From Pseudomonadota bacterium (GTDB taxonomy: Bacteria > Desulfobacterota > Desulfobulbia > Desulfobulbales > JAHJIY01): a stretch of 64,000 bases of DNA. The stretch's first letter is position 1. The number at the start of each line of letters is the position of its first letter. A model generated the notes under the pieces. That model searched no databases and was not told the origin of the DNA. It was given only the letters and a program-made list of their open reading frames with translations. Of this stretch, positions 22,931 to 32,252 are shown piece by piece. The stretch is taken from the NCBI GenBank assembly GCA_018823175.1, contig JAHJIY010000066.1:92570-156569 (forward strand). Direction: 5' to 3'. Position numbers and translations under genes: made by a program.

Positions 22931-24160
22931 CTAATTGTTGTAGGCGGCCTCACTGTGTTCCGCCTGGTCAAGGCCAAGGTTTTCATGATCCTTTGATAGG
23001 CGTAGACCCATCAGGACATCGATTACCTTGAATAAAATCCAGCTTATAATAAATGCGTAACCCCCGACAATCATTATGCCGAAAAGTTGGGTGGTCAGGA
23101 ATGAAACATTGCCGGTCAGAAGACCGTCAGCGCCGCCGGGGTTGATGGCTTTGGAGGCAAAGATGCCGAGGCAGATCGTGCCGAGCAGGCCGCCGAGACC
23201 GTGAATCCCGATGACATCAAGACTGTCATCAAAGCCGGCTTTGTTCTTGAAGGAGACGGCAAGATAACAGCAAATTCCAGCCACCAGACCGATGATGATC
23301 GCCGAGTTGGGGCTGACAAAACCGGCGGCCGGGGTAATGGTGGCCAGACCGGCGATTGCGCCCGAGGCAGCGCCAAGGGTGGTGGGCTTGCCGCTGTTGA
23401 GCCATTCCATTGCCGCCCACATTGCCATCCCGGCCATGCCACCAAGATGGGTTGCAACAAAGGCGGTCGCGGCGATGCCGTTGGCCGCCAGGGCGCTGCC
23501 GCCGTTAAATCCGAACCAGCCGAACCATAAGAGACCGGTACCGATCATCGTCATCGGCAGGTTGTGTGGCATGAAGTTGGTCTTGCCGAAATTCTGGCGG
23601 GGACCGATCACCAGAACCCCGGCCAGAGCGGCCATCCCGCAGGTCAGGTGGACCACCAGCCCCCCGGCGAAGTCTAAAACGCCGCGGGCAGCCAGCCAAC
23701 CGCCGGAGCCCCAGATCCAATGACAGACCGGATTGTAGACCAGGATTGCCCAAAATACGCTGAACACCAGAAAGGGCGCGAATCTGACCCTTTCTGCAAA
23801 AGCGCCGGTAATCAGGGCCGGAGTAATGATCGCGAACATGCACTGGTAAATCATAAAAACGGTCTGTGGTATGGTTGTCGCGTAGTCAGCGCTGGGCGCC
23901 GAGGTCACGCTGTTTAAGGCGAACCATGAAAGGTCGCCGGTCAGGCCGCTGACATCCGGCCCAAAAGACATCGAATATCCGATATAGACCCATTCGATTG
24001 AAATCAGTGAGATCATGATAAAGCTTTGCAGGATGGTTCCCAGTACATTCTTGCTGCGAACCATGCCGCCGTAAAATAAAGCCAGACCCGGTGTCATTAA
24101 CAACACCAGCCCGGCCGCCGCCAAAATAAAAGCAGTGTCTCCGGTGTTAATCATTTTCAA
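22931..24160 (-). CDS. amt: Ammonium transporter (Amt family), copy 1
   Basis: A 409-aa ORF, colinear and clearly paralogous to the downstream copy (DFAGGLVVHLTCG, FGFNGGSAL). Confidence 0.97.
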   Translation of the reverse strand: MKMINTGDTAFILAAAGLVLLMTPGLALFYGGMVRSKNVLGTILQSFIMISLISIEWVYIGYSMSFGPDVSGLTGDLSWFALNSVTSAPSADYATTIPQTVFMIYQCMFAIITPALITGAFAERVRFAPFLVFSVFWAILVYNPVCHWIWGSGGWLAARGVLDFAGGLVVHLTCGMAALAGVLVIGPRQNFGKTNFMPHNLPMTMIGTGLLWFGWFGFNGGSALAANGIAATAFVATHLGGMAGMAMWAAMEWLNSGKPTTLGAASGAIAGLATITPAAGFVSPNSAIIIGLVAGICCYLAVSFKNKAGFDDSLDVIGIHGLGGLLGTICLGIFASKAINPGGADGLLTGNVSFLTTQLFGIMIVGGYAFIISWILFKVIDVLMGLRLSKDHENLGLDQAEHSEAAYNN

Positions 24161-24236
24161 CCCCTTCCCAAAGGTTTTATGGTTTGTGTCTTCCGGAAAA
24201 AATTAGATTCCGGAAAACGCTATCCGGGATCTAATA

Positions 24237-24252
24237 AGCAAATGATGTGCCA
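24237..24252 (-). promoter_or_regulatory. sigma54 (-24/-12) promoter upstream of the amt-amt-glnB-glnD operon
   Basis: The minus strand reads TGGCACATCATTTGCT. GG and GC are at consensus spacing (TGGCAC-N5-TTGC), about 77 nt upstream of the amt ATG. Confidence 0.75.
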
Positions 24253-24421
24253 TTTGCTGTTCTTTTTGGTAACGTACTGATAATGTTTGGTTTATTTTAG
24301 GAAAATAGCGGGCAGGGAATGTGGGGTGGTTGCAGAATTGTAATATGGAGAGGGTGGATGTTACGTAATTGTTATTTTTGTGGGGGGGAGGAGGTTGTGA
24401 AATGGTGAGCTGCGCTGAAGT

Positions 24422-25258
24422 TCAGGAAACCTGATATCGGTTGAAGACGATGGTTTCCAGGTCTCCGGTCGGCCACTGTTTTCGGATCCAGTCCCGCAGC
24501 TTGTTGTTCATCTCGCCGCGGGCCAATGAATACCTGCGAAGTTCATACAGGGTACGATTTGAATAAAACTGGTAGATCAGATCCCGGAGGAAAATTTGTT
24601 TTTTCTCTTCGATGGTCTCGTCTTTATCCAGCAGGATAATGAGGGTCAGGTCGGCGGAGACAAATAATTGTTCATCACTTTTTTTCTCTTTGGTTACCGG
24701 GATGAAAAAATCCGGAAAAGACCATTTGGTTCTCTCCTTCTCCGGGGTGGCGGTCAAGGGCGAGGGAGCCTCTGCCGTCGGAATCTGATTTAAATCCAGA
24801 ACAATGTTTGTCGTGGGTTGCTTCGGGGTCAGCAGGGTGATGAAAACAATAATCCCCAGAAAGACGAGGATCGGAATAGTGCAGGTCAGGATGCGTTGAT
24901 AAAGAGACAGGCCCAGAAATTGATTTTTTAATTGATCGGATAGTGATGCTAGTTGGCGAATAATCTGCTTTATGCTGACGATCGGAGTTGCGGCTGATTC
25001 TGTCGTGGGGGTTGTGGCGATAATGGTGGTGTCATCCGGTGGGGCAGTTTTGGTCCCGGATGCTTGTTTTGCTATGCCGACACTTAATCTTTCTTCCAGA
25101 TCTTCCAGCGGGAAGTCTGTGATGCTGGCTTTGCCGGAGAACAGATCGTCTTCGGCCTGGAACGCGGCATCCCAATCCTCTCCCCAGTCAGTGCCTGAAC
25201 CTTGGGGTGAGAGATCTTCGTCAGCGGATTGGTTATTTGGGTTTTTTTCCTCAGTCAT
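24422..25258 (-). CDS. Hypothetical single-pass membrane protein with a distant FliL-like C-terminal region
   Basis: A 278-aa ORF with an acidic N-terminus and one TM helix (ILTCTIPILVFLGIIVFITLL). The C-terminal region (SADLTLIILLD...LRDLIYQFY...ETIVFNRYQVS) is arranged like the FliL C-terminus. It lies directly downstream of cheY. Confidence 0.5.
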   Translation of the reverse strand: MTEEKNPNNQSADEDLSPQGSGTDWGEDWDAAFQAEDDLFSGKASITDFPLEDLEERLSVGIAKQASGTKTAPPDDTTIIATTPTTESAATPIVSIKQIIRQLASLSDQLKNQFLGLSLYQRILTCTIPILVFLGIIVFITLLTPKQPTTNIVLDLNQIPTAEAPSPLTATPEKERTKWSFPDFFIPVTKEKKSDEQLFVSADLTLIILLDKDETIEEKKQIFLRDLIYQFYSNRTLYELRRYSLARGEMNNKLRDWIRKQWPTGDLETIVFNRYQVS

Positions 25259-25327
25259 CGATTAAAGGAGATGGTGTTTCTCTGGCGGTTGGGACCGGGA
25301 AATATACAATATTATTTTATTCCTCGG

Positions 25328-25708
25328 TCAGCCGCCAAAGACTTTGTCGATTTTTTCACCGAGAGTGTCAGCGGTAAATGGTTTAACCACGTATTGACTC
25401 ACTTTGGCCTTAACTGCAAGAATAATGTTGTCCTGTTGGGCCTCGGCGGTAACCATTATAAAAGGCAGATCCTTCATGGCGGCATCTGCCCGGACGGCTT
25501 TTAGTAGTTCCAGCCCAGTCATTTTGGGCATGTTCCAATCTGATATTATCATGTCGACTTTTTCATGCTTCAGGAGTTCAAGTGCCGTGGTCCCATCGTC
25601 AGCCTCGATTATGTTTTTGTAACCAAGCTGGGTCAGGATATTCTTCACGATTCGCCGCATCGTGGCAAAATCATCAACAATCAAGACTTTCATGTTGGTA
25701 TTAGCCAT
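25328..25708 (-). CDS. cheY: Chemotaxis response regulator CheY
   Basis: A 126-aa single REC domain with DDFATMRR, ISDWNMPKMTG and KPF, the classical CheY pattern. Confidence 0.9.
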   Translation of the reverse strand: MANTNMKVLIVDDFATMRRIVKNILTQLGYKNIIEADDGTTALELLKHEKVDMIISDWNMPKMTGLELLKAVRADAAMKDLPFIMVTAEAQQDNIILAVKAKVSQYVVKPFTADTLGEKIDKVFGG

Positions 25709-25970
25709 AATTCCCTCGCTAAATGGTGTGCAATTCTAAAGTTATTTTGAACCACGCCTCGGCGAGGCTCAAAACAAAACTTATGCCCTTGCGGTATAAA
25801 AGCAGATAGATGTTTTTAAAGTGTGAGTACTGCCCGAAACGATTATTCGATTCCAGACTATATCTATTTATAATACTATTTTGTCTGCTCAGGTAAAGTA
25901 AAGGTTTTTTAGTAAAATTGTTAAATTCCTAATCCCGGGTAGATATAACGTTTGCGATTATCAGGTATTT

Positions 25971-26756
25971 TTATAAATAAACCAAGGCTTTATGTAGCTT
26001 GATTCTGAGTCGCAACATCGACTTGCTGTGCATTTGCGAGATGCGTGATTCGGTGTAGCCCATGATTTCGCCGATTTCTCGCATGGTCAGTTCTTCGTAG
26101 TAATAAAGGGTAATCGCCAGTTTTTCCTTTTCCGGCAGTTCCGAGATGCTCTTAGCTAATATGTTGCGGATTTCAGCCAGGCTGATGGTGGTGAAGGGGT
26201 CCAGGTCCGGCATGGCAAGGGCGTCGACAATGCTGCTGCCGATCGCGGTGGTTGTTCGTTGTCTTAATTGCTCGATATCCATGAAGGAAACGGATTTTGT
26301 GTCGTTCAATAACTGATAGAATTCGTCCAGTTCGATGTTCAATGCCTTGGCTGTTTCTTCATCGGTGGCTGGACGGCCTAAGGCTTTTTCCAGTTGGGAG
26401 TAGGTCTTTTCAAGATCGGTAACTTTGCGTCTGATTGATCTGGGCATCCAGTCCAGTGATCGAAGCTCGTCAAGCATTGCCCCTTTGATCCGGAATTCGG
26501 CATAGGTTTTAAACTGGACGTTCTTGCTGATATCGAACTTGTCAATCGCGTCAATAAGACCGATGATGCCGCAACTTATTAAATCGTCAAGGGCGACATG
26601 CGCGGGCAGTCTGGAGGCAAGACGTAAGGCGATATATTTGATCAACGGAGTGCAGCTGATAATGAGCTCATCACGTTTATCCGTATCCAGCTTACCTGAC
26701 TGGCTGAAATATGTCCGGGTATAGTCCTTAAATTTAGGGGCTGGTTGTTTGTGCAT
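25971..26756 (-). CDS. fliA: Flagellar sigma factor FliA (sigma28)
   Basis: Sigma70 regions 2, 3 and 4 (DLISCGIIGLIDAIDKFD, LTMREIGEIMGYTESRISQ). It lies downstream of flhF-flhG. Confidence 0.92.
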   Translation of the reverse strand: MHKQPAPKFKDYTRTYFSQSGKLDTDKRDELIISCTPLIKYIALRLASRLPAHVALDDLISCGIIGLIDAIDKFDISKNVQFKTYAEFRIKGAMLDELRSLDWMPRSIRRKVTDLEKTYSQLEKALGRPATDEETAKALNIELDEFYQLLNDTKSVSFMDIEQLRQRTTTAIGSSIVDALAMPDLDPFTTISLAEIRNILAKSISELPEKEKLAITLYYYEELTMREIGEIMGYTESRISQMHSKSMLRLRIKLHKALVYL

Positions 26757-26767
26757 ATATCCAGGTC

Positions 26768-26808
26768 AAAATCCGGCAAACATAATTAAATTTATGGTTG
26801 CCGGATTT
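26768..26808 (-). terminator. Hairpin between flhG and fliA, a possible attenuator or partial terminator
   Basis: AAATCCGGCAA pairs with TTGCCGGATTT, an 11-bp perfect stem with an AT-rich loop. The T-run on the minus strand is short. Confidence 0.4.
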
Positions 26809-26893
26809 GCGTCCTTATATTGTGTTTTGCTGCCTATTTAACAAAGTTAAGGTCAGTAGCAGTAAATTTTAAAGGGGCGACACAATAATCATA

Positions 26894-27820
26894 TTACAGA
26901 TCAAACATTCCTTTCCACAAAAATTTAATATTACCGTCCATTAGGTTTTCCGGCTCTTCTTCGATCAGTTGTTCGGAGAGTTTAAAAAAGGTCTTGCTGG
27001 CAGGTGAGGTGGGATATAATTCGGTGACCAGTTTCTGGCGGCGAACGGCCAGAGGGAGGTTGTTGTCTAAAGGAATCTGTCCGATGTAATCAAGAGAGAT
27101 GGTATCTAGAAAACGGTCAGCCACCGAACTTAGCTTGCGAAATACGGTTAAAGCTTCCTTGCTTGATTGGGCCAGATTGACGAGAATGCGAAATTTTTTT
27201 ACGTCGTGGCGGGTGGAAAGTACTTTGATCAGGGCATAGGCATCGGTAAGGGAGGTCGGCTCCGGGGAGAGGATAATGAATCTTTCCTGGGCCGCCAGGT
27301 TAAAATAGACCACATTATTGTTGATGCCGGCGGCCGTGTCAATGAGCAGGAAGTCTATGGCCTGGTCAATGGTTTCCATTTCCGACATGAAATAAAGTTT
27401 CTGTTTTTCGGTCAGGTCGGCAAGTTCCATGATGCCTGAACTGGCGGGCAGGATCATCATGCCGCCTGGTCCGGTAATCATAACTTCGGCCAGGGTTTTT
27501 TCTCCGGCCAGGACATGATTGATATTGTACTTCGGGGTCAGGCCCAGTAGGACATCGATGTTCGCCAGGTTGAGATCCGCGTCCAGGATCATGACCTTTT
27601 TACCATTTTTGCAAAGAGAAAAGGCAAGATTGGTCGTGATGTTTGTTTTGCCGACGCCGCCTTTGCCGCTGGTGATGCAAATTACTCTGGGCGAAGGACC
27701 GCTAGGACCGGAGGTCCCGGGGTGCTTATTGCCGTTGCTCGCTGTTTGCCTGGCCGACATGATCTTTTCAAGGGTTTCTGCTTGGGTCATTTTGTATCCT
27801 GGGTTGGTTATTGTTGCCAC
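26894..27820 (-). CDS. flhG: Flagellar number regulator FlhG (MinD/ParA-type ATPase; FleN/YlxH)
   Basis: Deviant Walker A SGKGGVGKT. It overlaps the flhF stop. Confidence 0.9.
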   Translation of the reverse strand: MATITNPGYKMTQAETLEKIMSARQTASNGNKHPGTSGPSGPSPRVICITSGKGGVGKTNITTNLAFSLCKNGKKVMILDADLNLANIDVLLGLTPKYNINHVLAGEKTLAEVMITGPGGMMILPASSGIMELADLTEKQKLYFMSEMETIDQAIDFLLIDTAAGINNNVVYFNLAAQERFIILSPEPTSLTDAYALIKVLSTRHDVKKFRILVNLAQSSKEALTVFRKLSSVADRFLDTISLDYIGQIPLDNNLPLAVRRQKLVTELYPTSPASKTFFKLSEQLIEEEPENLMDGNIKFLWKGMFDL

Positions 27821-28923
27821 TGATAGGTTGCGTTGGCTTCAAGTCCGGTGGTTGCGGCATCCCAGCCCTGGGCGAACAGTCGGCCGATAAAATTTTCAGA
27901 GGCCATCATGAAATCCTCCGGCACCCGTTGGCCGGTGCACAAACAGGAAACCGGCAGGCCGCTATCGACGAGTTGCTGGCACAAGGTGGCATAGGCTCTG
28001 GTTTCGTCAAGCTTGGAGATGATCAGGCCGGCCGGGTTCAATGGTTTGTAGCTCTCGATGATATTGGCCAGGTCTTCTTTCTTGGAAGTTGCGCTGACCA
28101 CCAGATAAGGATCAATAGGCCCGCAGGTCGAAAACCATTCGTTCAATTCTTTAATATGTTTCCGGTCGTAAGGATTTTTGCCGGCGGTATCGATGATGAT
28201 CAGGTCACTGTTCTGATGTCGATTGATCGCCTGGGCCAGATCATTTTTTCTTAGGGCTATCTCGCAGGGAATGTGCATGATCCGGGCATAGGTCCGGAGT
28301 TGGTCGGTGGCGCCGATCCGGTAGCAGTCCATGGACTGCAGGCTTACCCGCCGATTTTCCTTAATGCTGAACCAGGCGGCAAGTTTGGCTGCGGTTGTGG
28401 TCTTGCCGACCCCGGTGGCTCCGACCAGCGCAATAATGGTCGGACCTTTTTTTTCTTTTAAGGCGAGAGGCTTTATTTTGAGTTGTGCGATAAGCTGGCT
28501 GCGCCATCTGGCAACATCTTCAGGATTTGGTCGTGGGGGGCGCGACCGGGTTTGTCTGCCGGGCGCCGAAATTTCTTGGTAGTCCGGGCTTTTGTCCTTG
28601 AGCAGGCTGGCAAAACGTCTCTGCAGATCATGGATCTCGGAATGGATTGGAAGGTTCGGCCTTCCGCCGGCAAAGCTTGCCGGTGGTTTGCCGGAGGAAA
28701 AGGTGCGGGGGGCGGCGGTGTCGTTTTGCAGGGCGGTTAATTTCTCAAGGTCGAAATCCATTGCGGCGACCACTTCCGTCAATGGTTTACCGCCAAATCC
28801 CGGGCCCGGCGTTATACTTTTGGTGGCCAGGATCACGGCATTTTCACCCATTTCCTTTTTTACCATGGCCAGGGCGGTCTTGGTATCTGCTGCTTCGAAT
28901 CTTTTAATTCTCATGGTTTGCAT
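27808..28923 (-). CDS. flhF: Flagellar biosynthesis GTPase FlhF (SRP-type)
   Basis: GATGVGKTTTAAKLA, DTAG and an SRP-GTPase-like C-terminal half. It lies downstream of flhA. Confidence 0.9.
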   Translation of the reverse strand: MQTMRIKRFEAADTKTALAMVKKEMGENAVILATKSITPGPGFGGKPLTEVVAAMDFDLEKLTALQNDTAAPRTFSSGKPPASFAGGRPNLPIHSEIHDLQRRFASLLKDKSPDYQEISAPGRQTRSRPPRPNPEDVARWRSQLIAQLKIKPLALKEKKGPTIIALVGATGVGKTTTAAKLAAWFSIKENRRVSLQSMDCYRIGATDQLRTYARIMHIPCEIALRKNDLAQAINRHQNSDLIIIDTAGKNPYDRKHIKELNEWFSTCGPIDPYLVVSATSKKEDLANIIESYKPLNPAGLIISKLDETRAYATLCQQLVDSGLPVSCLCTGQRVPEDFMMASENFIGRLFAQGWDAATTGLEANATYQWQQ

Positions 28924-28932
28924 CCGTATCCA

Positions 28933-31053
28933 TTATTTGGTTTTCTTGGGATTTATTTCGATGGTTCCCAATGAAGTTATTTTTGTTTTGGTGGTCATTT
29001 CATTATGTGAAATTATCATGATTTGCGGCATGAATCGTTCAACCAGGCGCCGTAGATGGCGGCGGATGATTGGTGAGCAGACAATAATCGGATGGTATCC
29101 TTCAGCCGAGATTTTTTCCACTGATTCCTCAATTGATTCGAGGATTCTTTGGGCAATGTGCGGTTCAAGGGAGAGGAATGTGCCATGATCCGATTGTTGG
29201 ATTGACTCTCTGATCATGTCCTCGATCTGGGTTGACAGGGTCAAAACTGATAGAGTGCCTTCGTTATCGGTGTGTGAACTGATAATTGATCTGGCCAGTT
29301 TCTGGCGGACGAATTCGGTCAGAATTTCCGGGTCTCTGATTGTCCCGGCATGATCGGCCAGGGTCTCGCAGATCGTCAACAGATCCCTGATTGAGATGCG
29401 TTCCCGCAGAAGATTCTGCAATACTTTCTGGACTCCGCCCAGGGTGAGTTGGCCCGGAACCAGCTCCTCAACCACTTTCGGGTTGGTCTTGCTCAGGTTG
29501 TCGAGCAGTTTCTGGGTGTCTTGCCTGCCGAGCAGTTCATCAGCATGACTCTTTAATACTTCGGTCAAATGGGTGGCGACCACGGTTGAAGGATCAACCA
29601 CGGTATAGCCGGAGACCTGGGCCTCATCTTTCTTATCCTCGGTGATCCAGATGGCTGGCAGGTTAAAGGCCGGTTCCTTGGTCGGAATTCCTTCGATTTC
29701 ACGTTTGGCGGTGCCGGAATCCATGGCCAGCAGATAGTCCATCATTAATTCGCCCTGGGCGATTTCCACTCCTTTGAGCATCAGGAGATATTCGTCGGGC
29801 TTAAGTTGCAGATTGTCTCTGACATGCAGCGGCGGAATGATCAACCCCATATCAATGGCGAATTGTCGGCGGATGGCCCTGATCCTTTCGAGTAAATCGC
29901 CCTTCTGACTTTCATCAACCAGAGGGATCAGGCCATAGCCTACCTCAAGTTCGAGAATGTCGAGCGGCAGCAGGGCCTCAACGGTTTCCGGTGATCCGGA
30001 TACCGGTTGCGCGGATTTTTTAAGTTGTTCTTCTTCCGCTGCGGTAGCCTCTTTTTCCTGGGCGTTCTGATTGGAGGCCAGGACGGCAAGGATGCCCATG
30101 CCGATTCCCAAAATCAGAAAAGGGATATGGGGCAGGCCGGGAATCAGGCCAAAAAGAATAATAATGCCGGAAGATACGGCCAGGGCCTGGGGCTGGCTGC
30201 TGAATTGCTTGATGAACTCTTTGCCCATACTGACATCCGAGGCGGCCCGACTGACAATAATACCGGCGGAGGTGGAGATGATCAGGGCCGGAATCTGGGA
30301 AACCAGGCCATCGCCGATGGTCAGCAGGGTATAGGTGATAATGGCCCCTCCGATATCCATGCCCTGGAGAATTACCCCGATAAACAGGCCGCCGATAATG
30401 TTGATTGACATGATCACCAGACTGGCAATGGCCTCGCCACGGACAAATTTACTGGCACCGTCCATCGCCCCATAAAATTCCGATTGGCGGGAGATGTCGG
30501 AACGTCGTTTTTTGGCCTCCTCTTCGTTGACCAGTCCGGCGTTTAAGTCGGCGTCAATGGCCATCTGTTTACCCGGCATGGCATCCAGGGTAAAGCGGGC
30601 CGCAACTTCTGCGATCCGGCCGGAACCTTTAGTGATAACAATAAAGTTAATCAGGACCATAATCAGGAAGATGATCAGACCTACCGCGTAGCTGCCGCCG
30701 ACCACAAAGGTGCCGAAAGATTTGATCACCTGGCCGACCGCCCCTGGTCCCTCATGCCCATGCAACAAGATGAGCCTGGTTGAGGCGACGTTGAGCGAGA
30801 GCCTGAACAGGGTGGTGATCAGTAGCAGGGAGGGAAATGACGAGAAGTCAAGCGGGCGGGTGTTGTACATCGACATCAGCAGGATCAGTAGTCCTATCGT
30901 AATGTTAAGTGAAAGGAGCAGATCAAGCACGATAGTCGGCAACGGGATGATCATCACCATCAGAATGCCGACTACGCCAATCGCCACCAGAAAACTCGAG
31001 GTTTCCAGGTTGAAGCTATTTAATCCGCTGATCGCTTCTGTTTTTTCCGCCAT
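28933..31053 (-). CDS. flhA: Flagellar export apparatus protein FlhA
   Basis: A 706-aa ORF with the conserved FHIPEP region (VITKGSGRIAEVAARFTLDAMPGKQMAIDADL). Confidence 0.98.
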   Translation of the reverse strand: MAEKTEAISGLNSFNLETSSFLVAIGVVGILMVMIIPLPTIVLDLLLSLNITIGLLILLMSMYNTRPLDFSSFPSLLLITTLFRLSLNVASTRLILLHGHEGPGAVGQVIKSFGTFVVGGSYAVGLIIFLIMVLINFIVITKGSGRIAEVAARFTLDAMPGKQMAIDADLNAGLVNEEEAKKRRSDISRQSEFYGAMDGASKFVRGEAIASLVIMSINIIGGLFIGVILQGMDIGGAIITYTLLTIGDGLVSQIPALIISTSAGIIVSRAASDVSMGKEFIKQFSSQPQALAVSSGIIILFGLIPGLPHIPFLILGIGMGILAVLASNQNAQEKEATAAEEEQLKKSAQPVSGSPETVEALLPLDILELEVGYGLIPLVDESQKGDLLERIRAIRRQFAIDMGLIIPPLHVRDNLQLKPDEYLLMLKGVEIAQGELMMDYLLAMDSGTAKREIEGIPTKEPAFNLPAIWITEDKKDEAQVSGYTVVDPSTVVATHLTEVLKSHADELLGRQDTQKLLDNLSKTNPKVVEELVPGQLTLGGVQKVLQNLLRERISIRDLLTICETLADHAGTIRDPEILTEFVRQKLARSIISSHTDNEGTLSVLTLSTQIEDMIRESIQQSDHGTFLSLEPHIAQRILESIEESVEKISAEGYHPIIVCSPIIRRHLRRLVERFMPQIMIISHNEMTTKTKITSLGTIEINPKKTK

Positions 31054-31063
31054 GTTATGCTCG

Positions 31064-31173
31064 GGTTATCAGGGTTAAGGGTTAAGGGTTAAGGTTGAAG
31101 GTTGAAGGTTTAAGGGTTAAGGTTGAAGGCTAAAGGGTTAAGGTTGAAGGTCTAAGGTTTAAGGCTAAAGGTT
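31064..31173. repeat. Tandem heptanucleotide repeat of about 15 units with consensus GKTNAAG (GGTTAAG/GTTGAAG), filling the flhB-flhA spacer
   Basis: Read directly: GGGTTAAG GGTTAAG GGTTAAG GTTGAAG GTTGAAG GTTTAAG GGTTAAG GTTGAAG GCTAAAG GGTTAAG GTTGAAG GTCTAAG GTTTAAG GCTAAAG. It is almost C-free on the plus strand. Confidence 0.9.
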
Positions 31174-31178
31174 GTTCC

Positions 31179-32249
31179 TTAGCCGGTTTTTTTCCGCAGG
31201 CTGTAAACATAGGCCAGAACCTCGGCTACGGCCTGAAACAGCTCTTCGGGGATTGAGTCATTTAGCTCGACGGTCCGATACAGGGCTTGGGCCAGCGGCT
31301 TGTCTTCCAGGATCGGCACGTTGTTTTCCTGGGCGATTTCTTTTATCCGCTGCGCGATGATGCCTGCCCCCTTGGCCACCACCAGCGGCGCGATCATCAT
31401 GGATGGGGCATAACGCAGGGCCACCGCGAAATGGGTCGGGTTGGTGATTACCACGTCGGCCTTAGGGACCTCTTCCATCATTCTTCGACGGGCCATTTCC
31501 ATCTGGATCGACCTGATCCGTCCTTTGACGTGGGGGTCCCCCTCGGTTTGCTTGGCCTCTTCTTTTACTTCCTGCTTGGTCATTCTCATTTTTTCCATGA
31601 ATTGCCAGCGTTGGAAGGCGTAATCGGCGGCGGCCAGCAGTGCCAGGGTCAGGGCGCATTTCAAAAAGATCCAGAATGCGGTGTTGCCCACGAATTGCAA
31701 TATCGGGTAGGCCTCCTGGTCCATGAGGGGCAAAATACCGGCCCTGACTTTATTAATCTCATAATAGGCAATGTAGCCGATGATCATAAGTTTGAGGATC
31801 GACTTGATGGTCTGGGCCAGGGTCTGTTTTGAAAAAAGGTTTTTCAACCCCTGGATCGGATCTATTTTGGAGAGTTTCGGGGTTATCTTCTCGGTGGTGA
31901 ACAGAAAGCCGATCTGGGCGTAATTGGACAACAGGGCGACCACGACAATCACCGCCATCAGCGGACCGGCGATCATGATCGAAAAGAACATGGACTCTTG
32001 GGTCATCTGGTTAATGTTGGCCGGTATTATTTTGATCATGTGTAAATTTCCCAGATAATAGCGCAAAGGATTTAGGAACCCCTGGAGCATGTAATCGCCG
32101 AGGATATACAGGGTCATCAGGCTGGCCAGCAGGACCGCCGCTGACGGCACCTCCATGCTTTTTGCCACATCGCCTTTTTTCCGGGCATCCGCTAATCGTC
32201 GCGGGGTCGGATCTTCGGTTTTTTCCTGGCCGGAGGATTCTTCCGCCAT
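31179..32249 (-). CDS. flhB: Flagellar export apparatus protein FlhB
   Basis: N-terminal EKTEDPTPRRLADARKKG and the autocleavage motif NPTHFAVAL. Confidence 0.97.
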   Translation of the reverse strand: MAEESSGQEKTEDPTPRRLADARKKGDVAKSMEVPSAAVLLASLMTLYILGDYMLQGFLNPLRYYLGNLHMIKIIPANINQMTQESMFFSIMIAGPLMAVIVVVALLSNYAQIGFLFTTEKITPKLSKIDPIQGLKNLFSKQTLAQTIKSILKLMIIGYIAYYEINKVRAGILPLMDQEAYPILQFVGNTAFWIFLKCALTLALLAAADYAFQRWQFMEKMRMTKQEVKEEAKQTEGDPHVKGRIRSIQMEMARRRMMEEVPKADVVITNPTHFAVALRYAPSMMIAPLVVAKGAGIIAQRIKEIAQENNVPILEDKPLAQALYRTVELNDSIPEELFQAVAEVLAYVYSLRKKTG

Positions 32250-32252
32250 CTT

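Noticed and set aside
31064-31173. The heptamer array considered as a CRISPR array, a telomere-like repeat or a coding repeat
   Set aside because: The unit is only 7 bp and there are no spacers. The element sits between two co-transcribed genes in a gene-dense chromosomal context, and every frame on the transcribed strand contains stops.
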